Numbered from the stretch's first letter, positions 17,529 to 30,967 are shown. The stretch is DNA of 64,000 nt from Sminthopsis crassicaudata (GCF_048593235.1 NC_133619.1:637648558-637712557); one strand, 5' to 3'. Numbers and translations are program-made. The notes: generated by a model not told the origin, from the letters alone.

Positions 17529-18206
17529 TTTGGTATAAACCTTTTGAGGTTTAAGAAGTTTGAATGTGGATGGGATCTCTGTTCTAAGAGGACAGTACTA
17601 GAGCTGAACCCTGGATCTCTGACCCTACCCATGTGGAGGCTCCAATCTGAAGTAGCAGTTGTTTTCCATAGTCACCTTCTACATGTGGGTTTGAGTCCTT
17701 TCCCTTAGGCCTTAAAAGCCAAAGGTCCAGGTCCTTGCCCTCAGGAAGCCATCACTTAGGAAATTGCTTGTTCAGTCCTATTTATCACATCTTCCTCTCT
17801 TGATTCTGTTGACTCCCAGGGAGTCAGGGACAAGGGGCAGGATTAGTCAGGAGAGATGGGAAATGATGCAGAAATGGACAATTCCGTTCCATATAGAAGG
17901 ATGGAATGATCCTGGAAGGCCTTGCAGGGCAAGGTTAGAAGACGGGATTGGTGATGGGCCTGAGGGTCCTTCAGGAAAGATCAGGGCTCCGGCACTGGCT
18001 GCAGGCCACATCTGGCACTGACCCAAGAAAAATGAGGATACACTTGCCCTCTGGAAACAGGACAGGAGTGGAGACCACTAATGGCTTTTGGATGAAGCCT
18101 CTTGAGATTGTCAGAGTGCAGGGTCTGAAGGGTGTCAGTTAAGCCAGGGCCTGGCCTGGCTTGGGTAGGTTATGTGATAGGCCTGGGAAGACAATCCCTT
18201 GAGGAT

Positions 18207-18209
<3 letters not shown>

Positions 18210-18252
<43 letters not shown>
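18210..18252. repeat. Poly-T homopolymer (about 43 nt)
   Basis: Directly visible. Confidence 0.9.
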
Positions 18253-18257
<5 letters not shown>

Positions 18258-20127
18258 AGGAGAATCAACCCTCCCAGGGCTAGAAATTTGAATGGGAGAG
18301 CAAAGGATGGAGCCAAAGATCTTGTGGGGGCAGGTGGCCCTGGACAAGTAGCCTCAGACATTTCCTCTTTAGAATAAGTGGGACCAGCTGACATCCCTTC
18401 CACCTCTGAAGTTTGGGTCCTAAAAGCTCCAGGGAGAGAGCTCTGAGAGCATTTGCCTTCTTGCTTGGCTGAGGGTCCAGCCCCTCAGCACCATCACCCT
18501 CCGATGTGTTCACTTACCAAGTCCTAGCTCTGAAATGTCTGGACTTCATTGCCACAGCCATTATTTGGATTTGGGCTATTGGGTTTGGGAAGAATTGTTA
18601 TTTAGCCGATCCAGAACAGGGACAGGAGCCAGATTGCAGAGGGGGCGGAAATGACAAATGAGCACTTTCCTACCCAGAAATGAAAGAGGTTTTATGAGAG
18701 AACAGAAACTGGAAGAGTTCAGGCACCTGATGTGCCTTAAATGACTTGAACTAGATTTCCCAGGGAGCCGGCTTGTGGGTAGGAATCCTCCAAGGGAAGC
18801 CCCTATTTTCTCACTTGCCACACCTTTCCTCAGATAGAGGTCTTGGCCTCTGACCAGGTTCCTTCCAACCTCAAACTAGACATCTGGGCCTCCCTGTGGC
18901 TCTGAGTTTTAGAGGGATGTCTTGCCTCTTCCCTCACCAGGAACAGCTGGGATGCATCTGGGGCTGAATGACTGCCTGTATGCCCCACCCTCTTCCCCCT
19001 AAGGGGAGGAGGAAGATGCAAAACAGAATTCCCCCCCTCCTACTTGCCTTAGTTGAAGGGGGGGAGTGGAATGCTGGGAATGCTCCTGACTGGGAGCGTT
19101 GGCTGGGAATTTTCCTTCCTTCCCTTGGATGGCATCCTGGAAAGCCGGGGGCGGGAGAAGCATGGCCTGGGAATAGCCCTTATACGGTCGGTCCCTAGGC
19201 CAAGCCTTCCCTCCCCCCTAGCTGCAGAGGGAGCCCATCACCCACAGAGCACCGTGGGTGGGAGCTTCTAATCCTGCAGCTGGGCTGGCTGGAGAGTCCA
19301 GAGAAGGCCCAGATTGTCCACGTCCCCGCCTGTGGGTTTGAGGTAGGCAGGACCTGCAGGCGGAGAAGCCCTAAGACAAGCTCAGGATTGCCCATCCTGG
19401 GTCAGATGTACCAGTCAGTGCCAGGGCTCAGCCCACTTGACCCAGCCTGAAGCAGAGGGACTGGCAAAGTGGCTTGGACTCCAGGGTCAGAGTAGGGACT
19501 GCTGAGCAGCACTCCACCCTTAGGCCTGGGAAGCTGGGGGTCCCGGAGCACAGGGGCCAGGGCCCTGGCTGAAGTTCCCCTGAGTACTTCTCAGAAAGCT
19601 GCTGCCCATGGGCGGCTCGCTCCCTGTTTCTCATTTCATCCACACCACCGGGTGAAATAGGTCCATTTTACAGATAGGAAACTGGCAAGTGACGAGACTT
19701 GGGGGTCAGGTAGCTAACAAGTGTCAGGGGCGCTACTTGAAATCTAGCTACATACACTCTAGAAGGAAAGGAAGGCCATTCAAGGGGGACATTCTGGACT
19801 GAAAGAATCAAATCTCCCTGAGCTCTGGAAGCCTGTTTGATGAAGCAACAGGAGTGCTTGTTTTGAAGTCAGAGCCCCTGGCTTTGCTCCTCTGGATTCC
19901 GAAGGCTCCAAGGCACTGATCTTCAAAGATAGGGAGAACACTCCAGCTCCTGAATTGCTCATAGGCTTTAAACCTACAAGGTCTCTGGCCCACGTCCAGC
20001 TCTTCCCACTAGACCAGGTTTCAGGCTCCCAGGAGGCTTGTGTCTGCCCTGGGACCAGAAGCTTCCCCAAAGCACATGGGGGGGGGGGGCCATATCCAGC
20101 CACTAAGAATGAAAGAGCTTAAATCCA

Positions 20128-20133
20128 TTTATT
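20128..20133 (-). terminator. Probable PLEKHG2 polyadenylation signal AATAAA
   Basis: TTTATT on plus strand, about 470 nt past the stop. Confidence 0.7.
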
Positions 20134-20601
20134 GGGGGGGTGGGGATCTTGTGTTCTGGAAAGGAAGTGAGGGGCTGGGGTCAGTGCTGGGATAAAGAGG
20201 GGGCTTGGGAGTTAGGGAGCACTCCCCCTTCAAGGTTAGGTGAAATACGGGGCATTTCCTTACCCAGATCCCCAAGCCCCCATGCCCTTCGGAGAATCCC
20301 CTTCCCGCAGAGTTTTGGGGGAGGCGGTGGGGTGGACAGTATTTGGATGGAGCTGTACAATAGAAAACGCCCCCATGTGCAAACATAGAAAATAACATTA
20401 ATTATTAATTACATTAAAGGCAGCCCCCTGTGGGTTTTCAAAGCACTTGATGGGCCCAGCAGACCTCTGTATGGACACATGGGGAGGGTCCAGGAACCCG
20501 AGGCACCGAGTCCGCTCCAGAGCGGGCCCCGAATGTTCAGATCCTCACAGGCCCTTTGATATCTTCAAGTCTTTTTTGGAGAGCCCCGAACCTGCCTCAG
20601 C

Positions 20602-23600
20602 TCACGTTCTAGGGGTGCCCTCAGCAGCACCCTGCACCCGCCGCTGGCCTGGGAGATCCAGGGAGGCCAGCAGAGGGGCGTGATTCAGGCGGACCTGGGC
20701 CTTAGTCGGACCCAGCCTCCCCCCTCCCCCCACTCGGATGCTGACAGTGGTAGAGTAGCTGGGCCGAGCCACAGGGGGTGGTGATGGGGCTCGGGAAGAG
20801 GGGGCCGAGGCCCAGGGCCCCCGGGCTGTGGAAGGCCTCCAGGCCGCAGGAGTCTCCCCTTCTGGGATCCCCGCCCCTCTCCTTGCCAGACTCTGGCTGA
20901 TACAAGAAGCGGCCAGATACCTGGACAAGGCGGCTGCACTTGACCCTAAGAGCTGGCGTCCCTGAGGAGGTAGGCTTGGGGCCAGGGGAGGGGGCAGGGC
21001 TTCGGGGGCTGGCTGAACAGCCTCTGGAACAGGAGGGTTCCAGGCTTCCTCCTCGGGGGCCTCGGCCTCTAGGAGTCCATCGGCCTCGGTGGGGTGATGC
21101 TTTCCAACGGGGGGAGGCTCAGGCCTCTGAGTGGCCAAAGGGGCGGGAGCATGGGATCGCAGCGCAGGGACCAGAGCCACAGAAGCCTGAGCGCAGGCCA
21201 TGGGTAAGTTCGCCTCCCGGACTAGAATGTGACCAAAAGCAGGGAGAGGCCCTGGAGGGAGAGAGCCAGAGCAAGAGTCACCTTCCCCGTTTCCTCCACC
21301 TCCCTCTGCCCACCTTGGCCTTGGCTTGCGCTCCCACCCAAGGCTCCTTGGTCCCCAGGGGGCTTACCGGGCTGAAGTTCCTCTTCCTCCTCTGGGGGGA
21401 CCAGGAGCTGGCGGGAATGCACCAGGCCCCGGGCTCTCCTCCGGGAGCCGGCGCCAGCCGCCTGGTTCCCGGCCCTCTGGAGTCTCTCAATGCGGTCACT
21501 GTACATCCGGGCTAACTCGCGCACCCGAGTAGCCACTCTCTCCGAGCCAGCGGCTCCCCCGGGGCCGTCCCCATTCCTGCTCCCTTCGCCACCCACCAGG
21601 AGCTGGGACAGGGAGCCTACTTGGCAGCTTGCCCTGAAATCGGACTCTTCCAGGATGAGCAAGGGCTCCAGAAGGGTGCCCTGGGAGCCCCTCGCCTCCA
21701 GGGCCTGCCAAGCTCTCCGGATCTCTGAGCACGAGTGGAACTCGGCAGTCTCTAAACTCTCAGGCTTGGTGGGAGAGCTGGGAGATGGCTGTCCTTCGGA
21801 CTCTTCGGCCTCCTCCTCCTCCTCCTCCTCCTCCTCTTCCTCCTCTTCCTCTGTCCAAGAGGACTGGCTCTCCTGTCTGGACTGGGCTCCATCGTCCACT
21901 TTTTCCAACGAGACTGCCATCGCTGACGAAGCAGCCTCCAAATCCTCCTCTTGAGCCGAGGCCTTGGCGCAGGGCTCCCCTTGTTCCGAGGGGGGCTCAG
22001 GGATCCTGGGACTGGGCTCACAGCTGGGAATTGGGGGAGTGTCTGGAAGCCCGGGAGTGTCAGAAACTGCTACAGTTCCGGGGATTTCAGAGCTGCCACA
22101 AACGTCCGTGTCGTCCAGCCTCTCAAGGACGTGGAGTGGGGACGACTGTTGGTCTTTCGGCCTTTTCCCCTCCTCTTCTTCAGAGGACTCCCCGCTTAAT
22201 GGGGCTGGGGTCTCAGGGCCAACGTTCCCAGTCTGATTTGGAGACGCGGGCTCCTCCCGGAATCTGGGAGCTTCAGGAACTTCCACAGGAGAAAGCTGGA
22301 GGAAGGAGAGGAAAAAGATCAGGGCCGGGCAGCTGATCTTTGGACGGAATGGGTCCCGAATCCGGGTCGTCTCTGACACCACCAGCCCCGGCAAGGACCC
22401 AGGGGCTGCCATGGGCTCACCCCGGGTTCCTGGAGACCTCTCTGCGTCAACAGCTCCATGATCTCCTCGGTGATCGAGAGCCCTGGGGGGCCCAGGGTGG
22501 GGGGAGCTGGCTCCTCTACGTCTTCAGGGGCTCCTGAGGCCAGGGCCGGCTCTGGGGTCGGGGCCTTGCAGAGGGACTGCGACATCGGGAACAACTCCCC
22601 CTCGCTGCCGGCGTGCTACAGGGGTGAACAGTGAGACCACGGGGCCACAGCCAGGGCCCAGCCCCCCACCCCCCAGAGTCGGGAGACTGCGTCCCTGGAA
22701 CAGCTGCTTCTCTTACCTTGAGCCTGGATCCAGCTGGAGGGGAGCGAGAAGAGAACAAAAAGGTTAGGAAGCTCCTGGATGACTGCTCAGGCCCAAACCC
22801 AGCCCCCCTAGAAGTAGGGACAAGGGACAGACACAATCACACTCACACATAATCACACACAGACACAAAAACACAATCACACATAGACACACACTCACAA
22901 TCACACACGGACACATAGGAACCAGCCCCAGAGGAGGCCCCGGGTGGGGGACACTGACCGATCTTCGAAAACATGAGGTGACATTCCTTTGCTGGCTCTG
23001 TGGGGGTGGGTGGGGTGAGATAAGTGACTGGGGGCTAGCTGCGCCCCCACAGTCCCTATCCCCGCCCAACCCCGCTTGTCCGGGCCCCCCACTTACCGGA
23101 CTGCCTCCGGCCTCTGCGGCCCGGGGAGGCCCCCGCGGGGCTGGTCAGAGACGGGGAGGGGTCTGTGGAGAAGAAGGAGCTGCTAGTCTTCTACCTTCTC
23201 CTTACTGCTCTCCCCTCCCCCCCTTAATTAGGTCCCAGCGGAGGAACGGGCCCATTGGAGGACGGGGGGCCAGGGCCTCGGGTCCGGGGGAGACCAGGGT
23301 GGGGCCAAGTGCTGCTGGGGGAAGGCTGGTGGGGCGAGCCGCCCAAGTGCTCTCTACCTGTTTTCCTTCGTCCGCTGAAGTTTCGGCCTTCGGGGAGGCG
23401 GGGGGATCCGAGCGGGGGAGTCAGAGGCTCACAGCTAGGCTGGCCTTCTGGGGCACCTGCAGAGGCAGCTGGGAGTCAGGGCCTCATCGTATCCCACACA
23501 GGTCTCCTTTATCCCCTCCTCACCCTCCTCCTCCGGGGGGATTGGGGAGAGTCAAGTTTCTCACTCACAGTGGAAAGTGTTTTCCAAGAGGACTTGCTTT

Positions 23601-26600
23601 GCCTGAAAGAGACCGAGAGAAGTGGCTGCAAGGGGGGCTCCCCGGGGTCTCCGGGCAGAGCCAGGGGCTGGCTGGGCTGGGGACCGTCTCACCTTAGCAG
23701 GGATGGACGCCGGGTGGTTTTCCACTATTAAGCGCTGCAGGTAATGGAGCCACAGGCGTTTCTCCTCATGGTTCTTGGCCTGGGGTGTGAAGTTAAAGGG
23801 AAGAGAGACAGATAAGGGCTGGGGCTCTGGGAGGAGCCGGGCCCAGCACCCGGCCCTGAGGTTTCTGGTTACCTGCAGCAGGTGCTGGTGCTTCGGGATG
23901 GTCACATCTGCCACCTTAAAGCTCAGAGGATCTTTGGGACTCTCGCTCACCGACAGGTTACAGCACTGGAGGGTTAGGGGAAGGGTGATGGAAGGAAGCC
24001 TGGCTCCCAGAGCTAGCCTCCAGGCCCCCAGCCCCCCAAGTGTCTAATCCCTTCTCTTGTCCTAAAGCTCTTAGCTTCCCACCCCTGAGAATGGCTCACC
24101 TCCTTCCAGCCTCCTAACCCAAAGATGTCTGGGTCTCTGGGCTCCCCACCCTTCAGGGCCTCAGCTCCAGCCTGCTGGGACACCCTTCCTCCCTAGTCCC
24201 CGCATCCCCCACCAGCCCGGGGAAGCCCCAGACTCACAAAGATGTGCCCCTTGTAATTATAGCCGGGCCCTCGTCTTTTGGCCACCAGGAGCATTCGAGA
24301 GAAGAGGAACAGGAGGCGCTGGCCCCCTCGAAGCCGGGGGCCGCCTCCGCCTCGGAACACGCCCTCCAGGACCAGCTCCCCAAAGGCACTCAGCTCCGGG
24401 CCCCCCCAGCCTCCCAACCGCCGCTGCACTTCCTGCAGTACATGGAGACACACACGGGCATGCACTGAGAGGCGGTCCACCAGGAACAGCAGCGGCCGTC
24501 GGAGGCGGCTCTGGCCTCAGGTCCCTGGGGTGTGCACCCTGCCCGGCCCCCCAACCCCCAGGCCCACCTGCAGACGGGCCGCGTGCTCCTGTTTCCTCTT
24601 CATGTCATTGATGTACCAAGCCACAGCTGTCATGGACACAATGGCGTCTTCCACCACCTCTCGGCCCCCGGGCCCTTGCTCGGGCCCGGCTCCCTCCGGC
24701 CAGTGTTTGCCCAGCTCCTGAGGTCATAGGGGGAGGGGGAGGAAGGAAGGAAATGAGCTGCAGAAGCTCTCCTCAGCCCCCATCTGCTCGCTTGTCTCCC
24801 TCTGCTTCAGTCTCTACGTGTCCCTGGCTCTGGACTCCTGGTTCCAGGCTTCTCCAGCGACTCCAGTTCCAAGGCTAGCCCGCCAGTCTGCCAAGGTTTG
24901 GGGTTTCCCTTCCCTAACCCCGGTCATGGGCCCTGTCCACGGGGGTCTTATAGAATGAAATCTCTCTGATCAGACCACCCTCCAATGGCCGCCCCCCACC
25001 CTTCACTTGGGTTCTCTCCCCAACCCCTGCTCCCCGGAGCTGCCCGATTCTCCCCTCGTGACAGGGGGCCCCTCAGCCCCTCGCCATCCCCGGTCCCAAG
25101 TTTGCACCTGCAGCAAGAGGTGATACTTCAAGATTCGCTGGACGGGTTTGAGGAGGAAGCTCTGCAGGGGCAGCGAATGACGAAGCTGGGCCTGGCGCTC
25201 CTGGAGCCACTGGGCCACAGGAGGGGAGAGGGAAAGGTCCCGAAGTAAGGCCATGGAGCTGGGAAGGGGCAGAAGTCAGAGGAGTTACAAAGGGAGATGG
25301 GGGTCTGGGGGGATGACTGGGGAGTCTTTTGGGGGACTAGATCATGGGGGAGGCTGGCTTTTCAACAGCAACAATTACGTGTCATGCAGGGTCAGGGAAG
25401 GAAAAATCCCGGCAGTTGGAGATGAAGGAGGCCCAGAAGGAGCCGGAGGGGGAGGGAGAATGGGCGTACCTTGGGTAGTTCATACAGTAGAGGGTATAGA
25501 TGTCAAACTCTTCGCTCTGTGGGCAATGAGTGTGTCAGCAGGGCACCCAGATGTCTGGCTGCCCTTCCCCCCCCAAGGGCTCCGGGCCCCCAGCAGCGCC
25601 CTGACTCTAGTGAGGGGATCCCTGGCACTTGGCCGACACTCACCCTTTGCACAAAGCAATCTGCGATGCCATGGGCGCTGCTGCTGCTCTCCAGGTCTTC
25701 CAAGAGTTCACTGTAGGGCAGGGGGCAGGGACAGGAAAGGGCCAGTCACAACAGGAACCTCCATGTTGGGACACAAGATCCTCATCTTGAAGAGAGGCCC
25801 CCTTAGCCTTCTCTCCTTAAGTCCAGGAGACCTCAGTACCCCCATATTCAGTGTATATCCAGGCCTCAGATCCCACCCTGGCAGGCTGCATCAAGGGTCA
25901 ATGATACCACTCCCCCAGATCCCGGGCCCGGAAATTCAGTTTTCAGAGCTGATGAAGATTCCGGGGAAGGGGGGGCTATGGGAAGGCCATCTATAAGGGC
26001 CCTGATTGAGCTCCCCTTTCCCCCCCAGCATGGTGGCTCGAGTGTAGAATAAAACTAGAAAGATTTGCGTTCAAATCCTGCCTCAGACATTTAGCAGCTG
26101 GGAGATCCCAAGCCAACCAGTGACTGTCTGGGAGCCAGTTTTCTCATCTGCGAAATGCAGCAGGATTTGGGATCTAGTGTGGGATCTGGCTTCGCGGCAC
26201 CGCTACGTGGGGAGAGGGAGAACGGACTACAGAGTGGCTAAGGGGAGGAGAGGATGCCCCACAATTCCAAGCCAACCGGGTCCCTTCTGACCTGCTAAAC
26301 TCGTAGATATCTTCGATGTTGGAGAAGAGGGTCCCGAGATGTTCTGGATTCAGCCCGGGGGGGCCATTGGCCACCAGACAGCCCAGGTAATCCTGCGGGG
26401 AAGATACTCAGGTCTCCCAAGCCCTCGTCCCCAAGCTCAGCCTGCGAGCGGGGGCAGGAACTGGAGGCGATGGAAAGCAGGGGGTTGGGGGGCATGGGAC
26501 TGAGAGGTCCTGGGAGAGCTAAATCAGAAGAGATTTCTGGGGGACGCGGATGGGCACTAGATTTGGGGAGGCTGAGGAAGGGCCTCCTCACCTCCACAAT

Positions 26601-27057
26601 GCTCCTCAGGTCCCTCACGTAAGCCCGCTCGGTCTCCACGATTTCCCGGACCACACGCTCCAGGTGTGAGGGCTTCTTGGTCCCTTGCCCTGGCTCCCCT
26701 CGAGGCCCCACGGGAGTCAGGTGCAGACGAATGGGGGGGCCCGGTGGGGGCTCCAAGGTCGGCACAGGACAGGCCTGGCTGGAGCTGGGGCCTGGGCTGG
26801 GGCCTGCATGAGGCTCCCCCTCAGAGCCCACAGTACTCAGGGATGTAGAGCTCCCAGATCCTCGGGGGGAGGCCATGGGCAGGGCCGGGGGAAGTCCTGT
26901 GGGAAGGAGAGACCAGGCGAGGCTCAGCAGCAGGGTCCCCTCGGCCCCTCCCGTCCCAGCCGGAGCACAAACACCTTCAGTCACCTCGATGGCTACACCC
27001 GGGGCTGGGGGTCGGGCTGGGTTTGCTGAGGCTCAGGCGGTGGGCTCCCTCAGGCAT
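20602..27057 (-). CDS. PLEKHG2: Pleckstrin homology and RhoGEF domain protein G2 (DH-PH RhoGEF), about 1098 aa
   Basis: Coding exons 27057-26985 (donor inferred), 26896-26592, 26392-26292, 25710-25644, 25516-25470, 25258-25108, 24717-24568, 24432-24238, 23965-23873, 23779-23693, 23602-23569, 23456-23358, 23162-23097, 22997-22959, 22733-22717, 22615-22421, 22295-21368, 21251-20602 total 3297 nt and are phase-compatible. DH motifs [19 protein letters not shown] and [22 protein letters not shown]; C-terminal [18 protein letters not shown]. Confidence 0.95.
26030..26160 (+). mobile_element. MIR remnant
   Basis: GTTCAAATCCTGCCTCAGACATTTAGCAGCTG...CAGTTTTCTCATCTGCGAAATG. Confidence 0.7.
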
Positions 27058-27799
27058 GACTGGCAGATCTCAAAGCACCGTCCTGGGGGCAGCAGAAGGA
27101 GAGAGGCCGCTGGCGTGTGGGGAAAGTCAGGGGCAGTGGCAGGGACGGTTGGAAACCCCCACGGGCTTGGGGACCCACACACACTCGCCTCCCAGCCAGG
27201 GGCTCCCCCAGAGCCAGGACTGGCCGGCCTTGGCGAGGGAGAAATCTGTCCGGCGGAAGGAGGGGACTGGAGAGACCAAGAGAAGCAGAGTCTGAGGGAA
27301 AGAGGGAGCGCCAGAGATGGAAAAACAAAGGGAAAATGTGACTGAGAGACAGCGAAAGACTCCTGTTTTCTGGCTTGTGGCCCCTTGAAGAAGAGGGATA
27401 TGAGAAGAGAAGGGAGAGAGAAAAAAGAGGAAAAGAGAAAGAGAAAGATAGAGTGAAGGAAAAAGAAAGGGAAAATGAAAGAGACAGAGACAGCAAAAGA
27501 TTTGTTTTCTGTCTTGCTGTCCCTTGAAGGAGAAGGGAAGGGAGAGAGAGAAGAGAGCAAAAGAGAAAGAAGCGGGAGGAGGGAGGCGAAGTGGGTCTGA
27601 GGGGAGGGGCTGGGAAAGGTTGCGGGGGCGTGAGCCTCCGAGGGTCCCCAGGGGAAAGGAGAAGGAGGCTGGGAGGCCGGATGCCAGGGTCCCAGCTGAG
27701 CCTTCCCCCTCCCACCCTCGCTGTTTCTGCCTGCCCGCCGCTGCCTCGGTGTCCCCTCCTGTCTACTTCTGGACTGTGAGAAGTGACCCATCTCCCGGG

Positions 27800-29200
27800 G
27801 CTAAAGTTGGCCCGCCCCAGCAGTGCGTTACCTCGGGGCGGGGAGCGCAGTCACCCCCGGGCCGATGAGCCCACCATTCCTCCCAAGGCCCGGCTGAGGG
27901 ACTTCCTGCGTCCGCCCCTGCGAGCCCCGGGACCAGCCGAGGGAGCCGGCGCGCCGGGAGCCGGATCTGGAGGGAGAGGGGCGCGTCCGGGCTCCGGCTC
28001 CGCACAAAGGTCCCCTCGGGCGCGCAACGGCGCTGCGGGGTCTGAATCGCAGCAGCATTGAGAGTCTAGTCCCCACGCCCACCCAAGGGACGCAGGGATC
28101 GGGGCGACTCCCGAGCCGTCTCTCGGCTCAGGGAGGAGAGGAGGGAGGGGGCCGCGGAGGAAGGCAGCCAGAGGAAGGGGGAGCGGGGCTCTCCTGGGTC
28201 CGGCGCCGGCCCCGCCCCCTCCCCGCCCGCCCGCTCGCCCCCTGTTCATTGTTCCCGGGCCGGAGCCGCCCCTCCCCCGCTTCCCTCCGCTTCCCCTCTC
28301 AGCCTCCCCCTCCTCCTCCTCCGGCCGCCTCTCCCCTGCTGCCCCCCGGATCTCACCTCCTCCTGGGGGGCTGGCGAGGCCCAGACCCCGGGACCCCTGC
28401 GGGGCCGGAGCTTGCAGCAGCCGGCAGCGCGTGTCCCGCTCCGGGAGTGTCCGCAAGTGGAGTTGGAGCGGGGCCGGCCGAGGGGGCCGGCGCGTCCGTC
28501 CCGCAGCAGCCGAGGGGCCCGGCGGGGCCGACTCTGGCCGGAGGTCCGAGCAGGCTCCGGTGGCAGCCCAGGGTCGGGCCGGGCGGCCAGCGGTCGGTCT
28601 GTCCGTCTGTCTGTCTGCCTCCTCGGGTCCGTCAGTCCCTGGGCGCGGGGCCGGGCCGGGCCGGGGGGCGGCGGCGGCGCCACATCTGGGGAGGGGGGCC
28701 GGCTCCAGCTGTGGGCCGGGAGGAGGGGACTAGGCGGGCGGGCGGGCAGGCAGGCAGGGGGCCTGGCTCCTCCCCTCCATCCCCGCCCCCTCCCGCCCAG
28801 ACATCCTGTTCCCGCCAGCGGGGGACTGGGGAGAGGGTGGGGTTAAACGGAGCCGGACCGCCGGCGGGGAACGTGCCTTATGAATATTCACGAGGGAAGC
28901 CCTCGCCCACTTCCCCGGCCCGGCCGAGTCCCGCCGGGAGGGGGCCCACCGGTCCGGCACACCCTCCCCCTTTCTTGGGCTGTGGGGAGCCCCAGACCGG
29001 CCTCTGGCTCCCTCTCTCTTCACACCTGGAAGTTTCCCTTTTAAAACCCTGGGTCCGGGCCGGGAGCGTGGGAACAGGAGGAGGAGGGGCCTGGGGCTCC
29101 CGGAGCGGTCCGGCCCGAGCTCCTGCTGCGTGCGCTTTCCCTCCGGAGCGCCTCTGACTGGTCTCTTTGTGGCTCCCTGGTGTCTGTCTCCCTTCGCTGT
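27800..29200 (-). promoter_or_regulatory. CpG island: PLEKHG2 promoter and non-coding exon 1
   Basis: Very GC/CpG-rich; candidate donor GAG|GTGAGA at 28357/28356; exon-2 acceptor CCCCAG| at 27082. Confidence 0.75.
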
Positions 29201-29742
29201 CAGCCTCTACAAAGCTCTCTTCCCATGAACGCTTGCGGCACTTTAAGTGACTAGGCCACGATCACGCCTCCGGCACTCAGGTCGGCCTGAGCTCCGGGCT
29301 TCTAAGTTTCAGAGCCGAGGACGATTGTGCCAGAGATGACGGCTCGGAACCAAGATCAGCTCTGGAGAATTACGCCGGTTTTAACCTTTGACTTCCCAAT
29401 TCTCCCACTTCAGAGATCAACCGCGTCCTCCGGGCGTGCTTTTCTTTCACCGCCATCAGCCGGGACTGACTTTGTAACCCTAAAACCGGATGGAGGGCAA
29501 TGGCCCGACGGAAGGGTCCCACTTGCGACCCTTTCCCATAAGGCCAAACTTTGTCCCTTCCTATTTGTCCCGGATGTACTCGTGGGTGCCGGGTTGGTGC
29601 TCGCTAGTCTCGCGATTAGAGTGTAAGCTTCTCGGGGACAGGGATTTTTTTCCCTCTTCATAATCAGAATAGATCAGGGACCGGCCTATATTAATAGACT
29701 ATTAAGAAGTCTATTCGTATAGAGTTGTTTCCCCCCCCCCCC

Positions 29743-29861
29743 AGGTAGTTGGGGTTAAGTGACTTGCCCAGGGTCACACAGCTAGGAAGTGTGAAGTGTC
29801 TGAGACCAGATTTGAACTCGGGTCCTCTTGACTTCAGGGCACTGTGCCATCGATCTGCCCC
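29743..29861 (-). mobile_element. WSINE1-like SINE
   Basis: GGGGTTAAGTGACTTGCCCAGGGTCACACAGCTAGGAAG...TTTGAACTCGGGTCC, same family as 2922 and 5661. Confidence 0.88.
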
Positions 29862-30874
29862 GTTTGGACTAATTAACCCCGCCGTGGTGGTCACTGGTTC
29901 CACAAAGATCTGACCCCATAAAACACTCCATTCGTGAGGGGAAGGGTGAGGCTGTGGGGGAATAAAGGTCAACAGATAAGGAAGGACGAAGTAATTTTGG
30001 AGATAAGGCTGGAACCATCCCGAGGCCAGCCAGGGTCTCTCCCTTACTGCCCCGTGGGCCGGAAAGGGAAACTTCTGGTTTCACCAGGAATTTACAAAGA
30101 GCCTCCGGCATTAGCTCCGTCCGTCCCACTGGCGGCCGGTAACTGAACGCTCAGCACCCGGCTAAGGGGTACTGTGGGAGGCTGCAAAGAACAAAGCATA
30201 TAGGTGCCAACCCTCCCGGAGCCGGCATTGAGGGGCGGAGCTATGTCTGGGCGAGAATGACTCACTTATTCAGAAAGAACGCTAATCGGAAGGGGGAGGG
30301 GGGCCTAAGTCTCGTGCGTTTCGTTTTCTTCAGATTCGGAGGTCAGAACCCCAAAGGGTACCCGGGACAGCCACGTGGCGGTTGCTCAACCCGGGGAATG
30401 TGAAATGACAGCCTAGATAAGAAGGGAGAGTGTTCCCAAGCGCTCCTATCTAGGTGGGGTCTGGGAGCAACCTGCCCTCAAGCAACCCTAACTCCCATTT
30501 ACTAGTTAACCCGCGGAAAAGGCGTTAGAGCACTCACTCAGCCTCCTAAACCCCGAAATCCCAGGACCAATCTTTTCTCCCGAACCCCACCCCTGGTTTG
30601 TTGTCAGCCAATGGAGACAGGGCACCGAAGAGTGTTTTTCTCACTGGCCACCAGGGGGCAGGGGCGTTCTGTAATATGTGCAAGGCGAAAGTGGGGTGGG
30701 TATGCGCATGCGTCTCCGGAGCACCTACGCGCGATGGTGAAATGTCCCGTGAAGAATCTAAGGGACGTCACGGGCGGTGTCACGCAGGCGCAAGAAACGA
30801 GAGACGAAGAGAACACCGGATAAGGGTCACGTGGCTAAGCCTGAAGGGGCCCGCTCCGCGGAAGCGCGGCCGAA

Positions 30875-30967
30875 GCTCCAGTGGCGCAATCGGTTAGCGC
30901 GCGGTACTTATACAGCAGTGCGGCCGTAGCGATGCCGAGGTTGTGAGTTCGATCCTCACCTGGAGCA
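30875..30967 (+). tRNA. tRNA-Ile(UAU) with a 19-nt intron
   Basis: GCTCCAG acceptor stem pairs with CTGGAGC-A; anticodon TAT at 30909-30911; intron 30913-30931; B-box GTTCGATCC; matches recalled human tRNA-Ile-TAT exons. Confidence 0.97.

Noticed and set aside
18135-18403. Poly-Lys ORFs
   Set aside because: Translation of the poly-T run.
28249-29157. 302-aa ORF in the PLEKHG2 CpG island
   Set aside because: Low-complexity GC-driven ORF with no family resemblance.
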